64,000 nucleotides of DNA from Candidatus Pacearchaeota archaeon. GTDB taxonomy: Archaea > Nanobdellota > Nanobdellia > Pacearchaeales > GW2011-AR1. The translations under genes and the position numbers were made by a program. The notes under the pieces are model-generated. The model had not been told where the DNA came from. It made no database searches and saw only the letters and a list, made by a program, of their open reading frames with translations. Below, piece after piece: positions 18,786 to 29,341 of the stretch (positions are counted from its first letter, which is position 1; every line of letters starts with the position of its first letter). The stretch spans positions 5,990 to 69,989 of the forward strand of contig JBAZCR010000003.1 in the NCBI GenBank assembly GCA_041654895.1, written 5' to 3'.

Positions 18786-19091
18786 TTATAGAAGTATGAA
18801 GGCATAAGGAATATTATTAATTTTTTTAATACCTTCTTTTGAAATTAAATTTATTTGAAGAGCTAAGCTGGTTGACCTTTCTCCGACAATATTAAATGTA
18901 GCATCTTCTTGACTATAAATATTGATTAGATCAATTAATTCATTTTCATTAACCTCTTCCCCATTAAAAAAATTATTTGTTAGGTCTAATTGAATATTTT
19001 CATCTTCAAATTTTTTTCCATAAATTTCTTTATCACAGATAGCTATTACAAAACGATATGATTTATGTATTTTTATTAAATAGTTCTTCAT
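18786..19091 (-). CDS. conserved archaeal hypothetical protein (DUF424-like)
   Basis: 101 aa. IKIHKSYRFVIAICDKEIYGKKFEDENIQLDL resembles my memory of the DUF424 family; unverified. Confidence 0.35.
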   Translation of the reverse strand: MKNYLIKIHKSYRFVIAICDKEIYGKKFEDENIQLDLTNNFFNGEEVNENELIDLINIYSQEDATFNIVGERSTSLALQINLISKEGIKKINNIPYAFILL

Positions 19092-19129
19092 ATTTCTAAA
19101 ACCAACTTTGAGATTTATAAAACTAATCT

Positions 19130-19399
19130 TTATTTTTTATAATCATAAATAGCTTGTTCTAAAGGTGTTAATTTTCTTAAAACATCAAGTCTAATTTTAT
19201 CTTGTCCAGAATATGTAAAATTATGATATAATTTATTGTGGGTATCTGGAGAGTGTTCTGCCCAATATTTTTGCATGTCATAAGCACCTTGAATATATCC
19301 TTGTTTAAAAGAGTCTTTTGCAACAAAATATCCTCCGCTTAGAATTCCAACACTTGCTAGTGAAACAAGAAGGATATTCTTTAAATTTTTCTTAACCAT
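19130..19399 (-). CDS. small membrane-anchored protein
   Basis: 89 aa with N-terminal TM/signal segment ILLVSLASVGILSGGYFV. Confidence 0.4.
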   Translation of the reverse strand: MVKKNLKNILLVSLASVGILSGGYFVAKDSFKQGYIQGAYDMQKYWAEHSPDTHNKLYHNFTYSGQDKIRLDVLRKLTPLEQAIYDYKK

Positions 19400-19499
19400 A
19401 TTAAAAATATCCTTTTTTCATATTTAAAATTATATGTAACTTAAAATATATGATTTATTAATTAAAAAAAGAGTATAAAAAATTAAAAAAGGTTTTATT

Positions 19500-19688
19500 T
19501 TAAAATGCTTTTTTTGCAACTTTATCACTAATTGCTTTTAATGCATTTTCTTTAGACATAATTCTACACATTGTAGTTGAGCATACAGGGCATTTTCCTT
19601 TTGCCATATAACCTCCCCTAGGTGTTTGTGTGATACTTACATCTTTCATTTCTTTTTTTGCTTTACATTTGACACAATATGCTTCCAT
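19500..19688 (-). CDS. small zinc-ribbon protein (DUF5679-like)
   Basis: MEAYCVKCKAKKEMKD...KGKCPVCSTTMCRI (CxxC...CxxC). GGAGGT lies 5 nt upstream of the ATG at 19688. The longer ORF-track start (19739) would overlap aIF2-beta. Confidence 0.55.
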   Translation of the reverse strand: MEAYCVKCKAKKEMKDVSITQTPRGGYMAKGKCPVCSTTMCRIMSKENALKAISDKVAKKAF

Positions 19689-19707
19689 TTTTACCTCCCT
19701 TTTATTT

Positions 19708-20118
19708 TTATAATTTATGAATTTGATATTTTGAACCACAAGCTAGGCAGTGTATAAAATTTTTACCATTTTCTTCTTTTATTTCTGTATCTGGTTTTTT
19801 ACACTTTTGGCAAATTACAAATTGGTTAACATATCTTTCAATTTTATTATTTATTTCTTTACTTGAAAGTTTTCTAGATAAAATTATCCTTTCATTTTGA
19901 AAATCTATTGAACAGGCTAATTCCTTAGTTAAAAATTTGATTAAGTGTTCTGGTTCTCTTCTAAGATGGGTTACTAAATGGAGATAATTTGTTATAACTG
20001 TTCTATTCCCTAAATGATGCCCTTTTATTTTTGGAATTTCAAATCTCTGTTGATTTATCTCTTCAAGGTTTAATTTTACAGCATCATATGCTTTATTTAG
20101 TAATTGCTCATAATCCAT
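19708..20118 (-). CDS. translation initiation factor aIF-2 beta subunit
   Basis: eIF2-beta/eIF5-type core (RTVITNYLHLVTHLRREPEHLIKFLTKELA) and C-terminal zinc ribbon CQKCKKPDT...CLACG; 136 aa. Confidence 0.88.
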   Translation of the reverse strand: MDYEQLLNKAYDAVKLNLEEINQQRFEIPKIKGHHLGNRTVITNYLHLVTHLRREPEHLIKFLTKELACSIDFQNERIILSRKLSSKEINNKIERYVNQFVICQKCKKPDTEIKEENGKNFIHCLACGSKYQIHKL

Positions 20119-20263
20119 TTTTTGTTTTTGATTTAGTTTAATTAAAGAGATGTATTAAAATAGGTTTTTAAGTTTTAGCACATAATAAGAGTCTAATAAG
20201 AACCAAAACACTTAAAAAATAACTTTTCTTAAATAAATTATAAATCTTGGAGTTTTCTCTAAA

Positions 20264-20929
20264 ATGAATGAAAAAATTGATAAAACTATTTTAAAAACAG
20301 GAACTAGCTTAGTGGGACTTGTTTGCAAGGATGGAATTGTTATGGCGGGGGATAGAAAAGCAACGGCCGGTGGACAAATTGTTATGAATAAAAATGCTAA
20401 AAAGGTTGTTCAAATAAATGATTACTTGGTTATTTCTGGAACTGGTGTTTCTTCTGATATTGACTATGTCATTAAATTAATTAGAGCTGAATTAAAATTA
20501 AAAGAAATGAGAGATAAAAAAAGACCTAGTGTAAAAGAAGCTTCTAATTTGATTGCATTAATCTTGTATAAAAATATAAGACAACCTTCTATGATTCAAT
20601 TTATTGCAGGTTTAATGGTGGGAGGTATCAATAAAGATGGAAGTTGTGAGCTTTATTCTGTTGAACCAGCTGGAAGTACTATGAGGGTAGAAGATTTTGA
20701 TGCTAATTTTAGTAGTGGTATGCCTTATATTTTGGGTTTATTAGAAAACCGTTATAGAAAAGATATATCAATTAAAGAAGCTATTGAATTAGCAGCAGAT
20801 TCAATTAAGTCTGCAACTGAGCGAGATACAGCCTCTGGTTATGGTATAGATGTTTATGCAATAACTAAAGATGGTATTAAACAAGTTTTCAAACAAAAAG
20901 GTGAATGGAAATATATTGATGAGAAATAA
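20264..20929 (+). CDS. psmB: proteasome beta subunit
   Basis: Short propeptide followed by LKTG/TSLVGLVCKDGIVMAGDRKATAG (Thr nucleophile context); 221 aa. Confidence 0.9.
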   Translation: MNEKIDKTILKTGTSLVGLVCKDGIVMAGDRKATAGGQIVMNKNAKKVVQINDYLVISGTGVSSDIDYVIKLIRAELKLKEMRDKKRPSVKEASNLIALILYKNIRQPSMIQFIAGLMVGGINKDGSCELYSVEPAGSTMRVEDFDANFSSGMPYILGLLENRYRKDISIKEAIELAADSIKSATERDTASGYGIDVYAITKDGIKQVFKQKGEWKYIDEK

Positions 20930-20953
20930 GAAATATTTCTTTAATTATTAAAT

Positions 20954-22843
20954 ATGGCAGATATCTTAAAAACAATTGAAGAGGAATTACCTAAAGGTGT
21001 AGTTAAAACTACAATCTATGAAGGGGCAAATATAGTTGTATATACAAATGATATTGATTTTTTTAAAAATGGTGATGATGATGTTAAAGCTGTAGTTAAT
21101 AAAATAAAAAAGAGAATTGAATTAAGAGCAGATAAAAGTGTTTTAATGGATATTGATTCAACAGAAAATAAAATTAGGGAAATTATTCCAGAAGAAGCTG
21201 AATTAACTCAAATTTTGTTTGATCATCAGAGGAGTATTGTAGTTATTGAGGCAAAAAAACCTGGTTTAGTTATAGGTAAGGCCGGTAGTTTACTTAAAGA
21301 AATAAAAATAAATACTTTTTGGACACCAATTGTTCAAAGAAGTTCAGCTATAAAATCAAAAATTACAGACAAGATAAGAGAAGTTCTTTATTTAGATAAC
21401 AATTATCGTAAGAAATTTTTAAATTCAATCGGAGAAAAAATTTACAAGGAGTGGAATCCTGATAAAATTGAAGGGTGGGTTAGATTAACTTCTTTAGGTG
21501 GTGCAAGACAAGTTGGTAGAAGTAGCTTTTTATTACAAACTCCTATTTCAAAAGTTTTGATAGATTGTGGTATTGATGTTTCTTCAACAGGTAGAAATCA
21601 ATTCCCTTATTTAGATGCTCCTGAATTAGATTTATCTTCTGTTGATGCTATTATTTTAAGTCATTCTCATTTAGATCATTCTGGTTTAATACCTTATTTA
21701 TATAAGATGGGTTATAAAGGTCCTGTTTATATGACTCCGCCTACAAGAGATGTTGCAGCTTTGTTAGCTTTAGATTTTATTGGTGTTGCATATAAGCAAG
21801 CGGCTGTTCCATTGTTTCGTTCAACAGATGTTAGAGAAATGGTAAAGCATTCTATTATTCTAGATTATGGAGAAGTGACTGACATTACATCTGATATTAG
21901 AATTACTTTTTATAATGCAGGTCATACTTTAGGAAGTAGCATGATTCACTTTAATATTGGAAATGGTCTTCATAATTATGTTTATTCCGGAGATATTAAA
22001 TTTGGAAAGACAAGACTTCTTGAACCTGCAACTTCTTACTTTCCTCGTCTAGAAACTTTACAGATTGAGGCTACATATGGAGGTAAGAATGATAATTATC
22101 CCTCTGCTAAAGAATCTGAAAAAAAATTGATTGATTTTGTAAACGAAGTTTTAGCTGAGAAGGGGAAAGTTTTACTGCCTGAATTAGGTACTGGACATGC
22201 TCAGGAAAAAATGCTTTTATTAGATAGTGCGATTAAGGAAGGTAAAATTCCTAAAGTCCCTATTTATATAGATGGAATGATTTGGGACATTAATGCAGTT
22301 CATACAGCTTATCCAGATTATTTAAGTAATAGTGTTAGGTCTAATATTTTTGCTGATAAAAATCCTTTTTTAAGTGATTCTTTTGTTCAGGTTGGTTCTT
22401 CTCAAGAAAGAAAAAATGTTATTGAAGGTGGGCCTTGTATTATCTTAGCAACAAGTGGTATGTTAGTTGGAGGTGCTTCTGTAGAATATCTAAGAGAGTT
22501 TGCAGACAATCCTCATAATGGTTTATGTTTATCTTGTTACCAGCCTCCTGGAGGTCTTGGAAGACAAATTAAAGAAGGATTAAAAGAAGCAGTATTTAAT
22601 GTTAATGGTAAGGAAGAAATAGTTCCAATTAAATTAAAGTTCTTAAGTGTAGACGGGTTTTCAGGTCATGCTTCTAGAAATGAATTAATGGCCTTTGTTG
22701 GAACAGTTCAACCAAAACCAAGAAGAATAATCATTAATCATGGTGAGCAATCAAAATGTTTAGATTTGGCTTCGAGTTTACATCGTTCTCAGAGAATTGA
22801 AACTATAGTTCCTAAGAATTTAGAAAGCATAAGACTTCGCTAA
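20954..22843 (+). CDS. aCPSF1 (KH + metallo-beta-lactamase + beta-CASP ribonuclease)
   Basis: N-terminal KH modules (VIGKAGSLLKEIK), MBL motif ILSHSHLDHSGLIPYL, C-terminal beta-CASP region; 629 aa. Confidence 0.9.
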   Translation: MADILKTIEEELPKGVVKTTIYEGANIVVYTNDIDFFKNGDDDVKAVVNKIKKRIELRADKSVLMDIDSTENKIREIIPEEAELTQILFDHQRSIVVIEAKKPGLVIGKAGSLLKEIKINTFWTPIVQRSSAIKSKITDKIREVLYLDNNYRKKFLNSIGEKIYKEWNPDKIEGWVRLTSLGGARQVGRSSFLLQTPISKVLIDCGIDVSSTGRNQFPYLDAPELDLSSVDAIILSHSHLDHSGLIPYLYKMGYKGPVYMTPPTRDVAALLALDFIGVAYKQAAVPLFRSTDVREMVKHSIILDYGEVTDITSDIRITFYNAGHTLGSSMIHFNIGNGLHNYVYSGDIKFGKTRLLEPATSYFPRLETLQIEATYGGKNDNYPSAKESEKKLIDFVNEVLAEKGKVLLPELGTGHAQEKMLLLDSAIKEGKIPKVPIYIDGMIWDINAVHTAYPDYLSNSVRSNIFADKNPFLSDSFVQVGSSQERKNVIEGGPCIILATSGMLVGGASVEYLREFADNPHNGLCLSCYQPPGGLGRQIKEGLKEAVFNVNGKEEIVPIKLKFLSVDGFSGHASRNELMAFVGTVQPKPRRIIINHGEQSKCLDLASSLHRSQRIETIVPKNLESIRLR

Positions 22844-22900
22844 GATTTAATTGGTAATATTTATATATTAGTTTTGTCATTTATTTCTAGAGGTGCGTCA

Positions 22901-24772
22901 ATGGTAAAATATAATAGTGAATCATATTACCGTGGAGAATATTCTCCTTTCAATTCTAAAAGTCTTACGGGTTATTATTTAAAGAGTGCTTCTGGCTTAG
23001 GTTATCCGGGTTCACCTCAAACATCTAATCAAGTCGAAGAAACAGTTAAGGCATTAAAACAAGGAGTTAAGGCTTTTGAAGTTACAATGTTGACTCCTGA
23101 AAGTGCTGAAACTATTCCAAAACAACATTTTAAAGAAATGAGACAATTAATGAAGATGGCTGGAGTTAAGCCAAGTGTTCATGGTCCATTAATTGATGCT
23201 GCAGGTTTTACAGAAAAGGGATGGGGTGGACAAGTAGAAATTGAAAGTAATAAAAGGAGAATGTTTGAAAGTATTGAAAAAGCATATGAACTAGATAAAA
23301 AAGGAAATGTACCGATTGTTTTTCATTCAAGTCACGGTATACCTGGTACTACTTGGTCAAAAGATGAAAAAGGGGAAGTAAATAAAAGAACTCTTGGGAT
23401 AATCAATCAAGAAACAGGACAAATTCAAGAGTTAAAAGAAAGAGAATATTTTACTCCTTTAAAGGTCGCTAAACAAAATACTTCTGATTTAAACAAGGCT
23501 AGTTATATTTCAAAAGTTGATGATCAAATTAGAATTTTAAATGATACTGAATGGCATAATACTCTAACTGACTTATCTACTCAAAGCAAAAATGCCGAAG
23601 ATGTTTTTTATAGAACTTTACCTTACCTAAATGATGATTTAAAAAATGGAATAATAAAAAATAATAAAATAATAAATAAGGAAACTGGAAGAGAAATTGA
23701 GTTAGATAGTGGACAAAGAGAAGCAATTGTAAAAATTCAACAAGCTCAAATCTTTAACGATAATATTCAGTTGACATTTCAGAATGCTTTTGAAAAGGCA
23801 TTTAAATATGGTAGTGATAAACAAAGAGAAGAATTAAAGAATTTAGCAAGAGATTATTCTAATAGGCTAAATTATTTTTCTGGAGATGAAATTTTATCTC
23901 CAATTCAGTATAATAATATTCTTCAAGACTCTATTCAAAAGTTAAATAAAATTACTACTCCAAGAATAGATTCTAAAACTGGTAAAATAGATTCTAACTT
24001 TGGTTCTCCGAAAGTTTATGAAGATGTTGAAGTTTTTGCTTTAGATAAAACAGCAAATACATTTGGAGATTTAGCTATTAAATCTTATGATAAGTTCAAA
24101 AAAGGTTCTCCGATGATTGCAATTGAAAATATGTATGAAGGAATGGCTTTTTCTAGAGGAGATCAAATGAGGGAAATTGTTGATAAATCAAGAGAGAGAT
24201 TTACAAATTGGTTAATTAATGAAAAAAGAATGGACAAGAAAAAAGCTGAAGAGATTGCTCATGAGAAAATTGGTATGACTTGGGATGTGGGTCATTTAAA
24301 TATTATGAAAAAGTCTGGTTTTACCGATGAGGATTTAGTTAAAGAGACTCAAAAAGTAAAAGATTATGTAAAACATATTCACTTAACAGATAACTTTGGT
24401 TATGCTGATACTCATTTACCCCCTGGGATGGGCAATGTTCCATTTAAACAATTATTAGAAGAATTAGAAAAAAATGGAGAATATAAAAATATGAGAAAGA
24501 TTATTGAGGCAGGTAATTTTGTAAAAGAATTTAAAAGTTCTCCTTATGCTTTAAGCTTGGGTGCATTAGGTTCTTCAATTTATGGACTTAAATCAACTTC
24601 ATATTGGGATCAGAACCAATGGCCTCAGGGAGGATATTTTGGAGGTCAAGGTGCAATAAACCCACAAATGCATCATTCAATTTATGGTGCTGGCTTTACA
24701 ACGTTGCCAATGGAATTAGGAGGAGCAATTCCTGGAGAACAATCAAGATTTAGTGGAGATAAAATAAGTTAA
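22901..24772 (+). CDS. xylose-isomerase-like TIM-barrel (AP endonuclease 2 family) protein with a large internal insertion
   Basis: N-terminal barrel half (KAFEVTML...SVHGPL...PIVFHSSHG). C-terminal half (IAIENMYE...WDVGHLN...HIHLTDNFGYADTHLPPGMGNVPF). GAGGTG lies 6 nt upstream of the ATG at 22901; the ORF track starts at TTG 22874. Confidence 0.6.
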   Translation: MVKYNSESYYRGEYSPFNSKSLTGYYLKSASGLGYPGSPQTSNQVEETVKALKQGVKAFEVTMLTPESAETIPKQHFKEMRQLMKMAGVKPSVHGPLIDAAGFTEKGWGGQVEIESNKRRMFESIEKAYELDKKGNVPIVFHSSHGIPGTTWSKDEKGEVNKRTLGIINQETGQIQELKEREYFTPLKVAKQNTSDLNKASYISKVDDQIRILNDTEWHNTLTDLSTQSKNAEDVFYRTLPYLNDDLKNGIIKNNKIINKETGREIELDSGQREAIVKIQQAQIFNDNIQLTFQNAFEKAFKYGSDKQREELKNLARDYSNRLNYFSGDEILSPIQYNNILQDSIQKLNKITTPRIDSKTGKIDSNFGSPKVYEDVEVFALDKTANTFGDLAIKSYDKFKKGSPMIAIENMYEGMAFSRGDQMREIVDKSRERFTNWLINEKRMDKKKAEEIAHEKIGMTWDVGHLNIMKKSGFTDEDLVKETQKVKDYVKHIHLTDNFGYADTHLPPGMGNVPFKQLLEELEKNGEYKNMRKIIEAGNFVKEFKSSPYALSLGALGSSIYGLKSTSYWDQNQWPQGGYFGGQGAINPQMHHSIYGAGFTTLPMELGGAIPGEQSRFSGDKIS

Positions 24773-24790
24773 ATAAAAGGTAAAAATAAA

Positions 24791-25618
24791 ATGTTTTTTA
24801 AAAAAAAGAAATTAGGATTAGTTTTAAGCGGTGGAGGAGCAAGAGGCTATGCTCATATAGGTATTTTGAAAATATTAGATGAATTAAAAATTAAACCTGA
24901 TTATATTGCTGGAACAAGTATGGGTGCGATAATTGGAGCTGCATATGCTTTGGGAATGAGTGCGTTTGAAATAGAGAAAAAAGCTGATGAGTTAAAGCTT
25001 TACAAATATTTAGATCCTACAATTCCTAAAAAAGGTTTAATTAAAGGAGACAAAATATTAAAATTATTTGAGGAAATTTATGAAAATAAAAACTTTGATG
25101 AAACAAAAATACCTTTGTTTGTTAATGCTGTAGATATAGAAACAGGAAGAGAATTAATTTTTTCAGAAGGAAGTATTGCTATTGCTGTTAGGGCAAGTAT
25201 GTCCATACCTGGAATTTTTAATCCTATTAATGTTAATAATTATACTCTTGTTGATGGAGGTTTAACAAATAACATTCCTTTAAATTTAATAAAAGATAAG
25301 TGTGATGTTATTATTACATCAAATGTTTCAAATATTAATTTGCCTAATACAGATTTTTTAAAGGATCCTAAAATAATTAAAGAAAAAGATTTACCATCTC
25401 TTACAAGAGTATTATTAAAATCAATGCTTATCTTACAGAGTCATCCTAATAATATACAAAATGCTAAAGAAAATTCAGACATTTATTTATCTCCTAATTT
25501 AAAAAATATGACTACTGCAGATTTTGCAAAAAAGGATCAAATAATCATGGCTGGTGAAAAAGAAGCAAGAATCTACAAATATAAAATTGAGCAATTATGT
25601 AAAAGAAGTTTGTTTTAA
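24791..25618 (+). CDS. patatin-like phospholipase
   Basis: VLSGGGARGYAHIG (oxyanion hole), AGTSMGAIIG (GxSxG), LVDGGLTNN (catalytic Asp); 275 aa. Confidence 0.88.
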   Translation: MFFKKKKLGLVLSGGGARGYAHIGILKILDELKIKPDYIAGTSMGAIIGAAYALGMSAFEIEKKADELKLYKYLDPTIPKKGLIKGDKILKLFEEIYENKNFDETKIPLFVNAVDIETGRELIFSEGSIAIAVRASMSIPGIFNPINVNNYTLVDGGLTNNIPLNLIKDKCDVIITSNVSNINLPNTDFLKDPKIIKEKDLPSLTRVLLKSMLILQSHPNNIQNAKENSDIYLSPNLKNMTTADFAKKDQIIMAGEKEARIYKYKIEQLCKRSLF

Positions 25619-25619
25619 A

Positions 25620-25773
25620 TCCCCCTGCCCAGAATCGAACTGGGAACACCGCGGGCTCTGCATTTACAAAGCCTTTTTGTTACGGGCTAATTTATGTTTC
25701 ATTCTTATGCACAAAATAGTGCCATGTCCACATTATTCTACAGCCGCGTGCTCTACCGTTGAGCTACAGGAGG
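25620..25773 (-). tRNA. tRNA-Tyr (anticodon GTA) with an 82-nt intron at 37/38 (intron = 25656-25737)
   Basis: Exons fold as CCTCCTG-TA-GCTC-AACGGTA-GAGC-A-CGCGG-CTGTAG/C-CCGCG-GTGTT-CCCAG-TTCGATT-CTGGG-CAGGGGG-A. C1:G72 is the archaeal Tyr identity pair. A BHB-like fold has the 4-bp helix CUGU/GCAG flanked by 3-nt bulges. Confidence 0.8.
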
Positions 25774-25792
25774 ATAATTAAAAAGAGTTTAA

Positions 25793-25807
25793 TTTATTTA
25801 TAAGTTT
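25793..25807 (-). promoter_or_regulatory. putative BRE/TATA promoter element of tRNA-Tyr
   Basis: The minus strand reads AAACTTATAAATAAA, starting 34 nt upstream of the tRNA 5' end and abutting the truD stop codon. Confidence 0.35.
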
Positions 25808-27003
25808 TATGATTGTTTGTTTTCTTCTATTAAGTTAAAGAATATATTTAGAAATGTTGTTGCATAAACTCCACTAGGCAAAGAGAATTCTAATATTACT
25901 TTTTTTGATTCAGGAAATAATTCATCTTCTTCTGAATTTGCAAGTATATCATTAACGGAAATCAAGGCATTTCTTAAATCTCCTTTTACTCTTAAATAAG
26001 GTATTTCTTGTATGTTAAAATCTTGTAAATTAATATTATTTTGATTTAGAATTTCTTCTTCTATTTCACCTAATTTTCCAGAATCGATTTTTGATTTATA
26101 ACCAAATAAGGGTATTCTTTGTTGCCCTTTCATACTAAAATCTACTTTTTTTAGGAGGGCTTTTTCTAAGACTTGATTAAATAATAAACTTTGCAAGGAA
26201 TGTATATACATTAAAAACTGTTTTCTCTCAATTCTATTTATAACTCCAATGTAATCATCTGGATTTCGGATTAAATAATTTAATATTTGTCTTTCAAATT
26301 TTAAGTACTCTGGAAAATAAGTTAGTGCTTTTTCGTAATCTTTCTCAATAGATAATCTTTTTCTTGCTTTGCTAACTTCTTGTCTTTCATTTTTACTTTG
26401 TTGTGTCAGTATCATGTTTATTGCTTCTTTGAAATTTCTTTTTATAATTAATTTTCCAATTTGATGATTATTTTGCCTTACGCTTCCAAATCTTTGTGGG
26501 CCAAAATAGTTTGGAAAACTTTTCATTTTATTTATTGTGCTAATAATTTTTATAGAATCTTTTTTTTCTATTGCTCTTAGTGTTATTATAAAATGGTTTC
26601 CTTTAAGGTATCCTAATTTTATTTTTCTTTTTTCCCAATGAAAATTTTTTAATTGAATATTATTATGTTTAAAATTTTTTATTAATTGAACATCAGGATT
26701 AAAAATAGATATTTGTTGGCAAGTAATTGCATTTTTGTCCTTTGTTCCTGCAAAACCAATTGCTTGAATACCTTTATTAATTTGTGAAGAAAACTCTTTT
26801 AATGCTCTAAATTGATCTATATTTTGTTTTTGAAATTCACACCATAAAAATTCTCTTTTTGAATCTAAAGGCCTTTCAGGTATTTTTATTTCTTTTAATT
26901 GGTCTAGATTAACTTTACAGATTCTTTCATCTTTTGTTATTTCTTCAACTATGAAATCTTGATTTTTTACTTTGAATTTAGCTGGAATTTTCTCTTTGTT
27001 CAT
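25807..27003 (-). CDS. truD: tRNA pseudouridine synthase TruD/Pus7 family
   Basis: FIVEEI near the N-terminus and the TruD catalytic motif GFAGTKDKNAITCQQISI; 398 aa. Confidence 0.85.
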   Translation of the reverse strand: MNKEKIPAKFKVKNQDFIVEEITKDERICKVNLDQLKEIKIPERPLDSKREFLWCEFQKQNIDQFRALKEFSSQINKGIQAIGFAGTKDKNAITCQQISIFNPDVQLIKNFKHNNIQLKNFHWEKRKIKLGYLKGNHFIITLRAIEKKDSIKIISTINKMKSFPNYFGPQRFGSVRQNNHQIGKLIIKRNFKEAINMILTQQSKNERQEVSKARKRLSIEKDYEKALTYFPEYLKFERQILNYLIRNPDDYIGVINRIERKQFLMYIHSLQSLLFNQVLEKALLKKVDFSMKGQQRIPLFGYKSKIDSGKLGEIEEEILNQNNINLQDFNIQEIPYLRVKGDLRNALISVNDILANSEEDELFPESKKVILEFSLPSGVYATTFLNIFFNLIEENKQS

Positions 27004-27147
27004 GTTATTTATTCAAATAATAGTGTTCATTGCTTTTAAATAGTTGTATGTGTCTTTTTTTCCCTTTAGCGACGAGAAAACTTTATTTTACAATGCAAAT
27101 ATTTATAAACCTTCTTTGTTTTTTGTGTATATTAAGAGGTCTATTAA

Positions 27148-29052
<1,905 letters not shown>

Positions 29053-29053
29053 G

Positions 29054-29341
29054 ATGGTTAAGAAGAAAAAAAATATAAAATTTAATTGTTGTGGAGAAGA
29101 GAAAGATTTTGTTAGTAAACATGATTGTGATTGTAAATATAAAGAACCATTAAAAGTTAAATTTTGTCCAAATTGTAAAAGTACTGATGTACAATTTGTT
29201 TTTAGGTTAAAGAATCTTTTTGGTTTAGTTCCTAGAATTGAATGTAATGAATGTAAAAATAGTGGAGTTGATTTTCCCTTATTAATTGTTAAAGATAAAA
29301 AAAACTTAAGTAAAAAAAAGAAAAGAGGAAAAAATGAGTGA
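29054..29341 (+). CDS. Cys-rich zinc-ribbon protein encoded between gyrB and gyrA
   Basis: The ATG at 29054 lies 1 nt after the gyrB stop, and the 3' end overlaps the gyrA start by 8 nt. 95 aa with CCGEE..CDC and CPNC...CNEC; Lys-rich tail. Confidence 0.5.
   Translation: MVKKKKNIKFNCCGEEKDFVSKHDCDCKYKEPLKVKFCPNCKSTDVQFVFRLKNLFGLVPRIECNECKNSGVDFPLLIVKDKKNLSKKKKRGKNE

Noticed and set aside
25554-25781. 75-aa plus-strand ORF overlapping the end of the patatin gene and the whole tRNA-Tyr locus.
   Set aside because: The region is explained by the intron-containing tRNA-Tyr on the minus strand.
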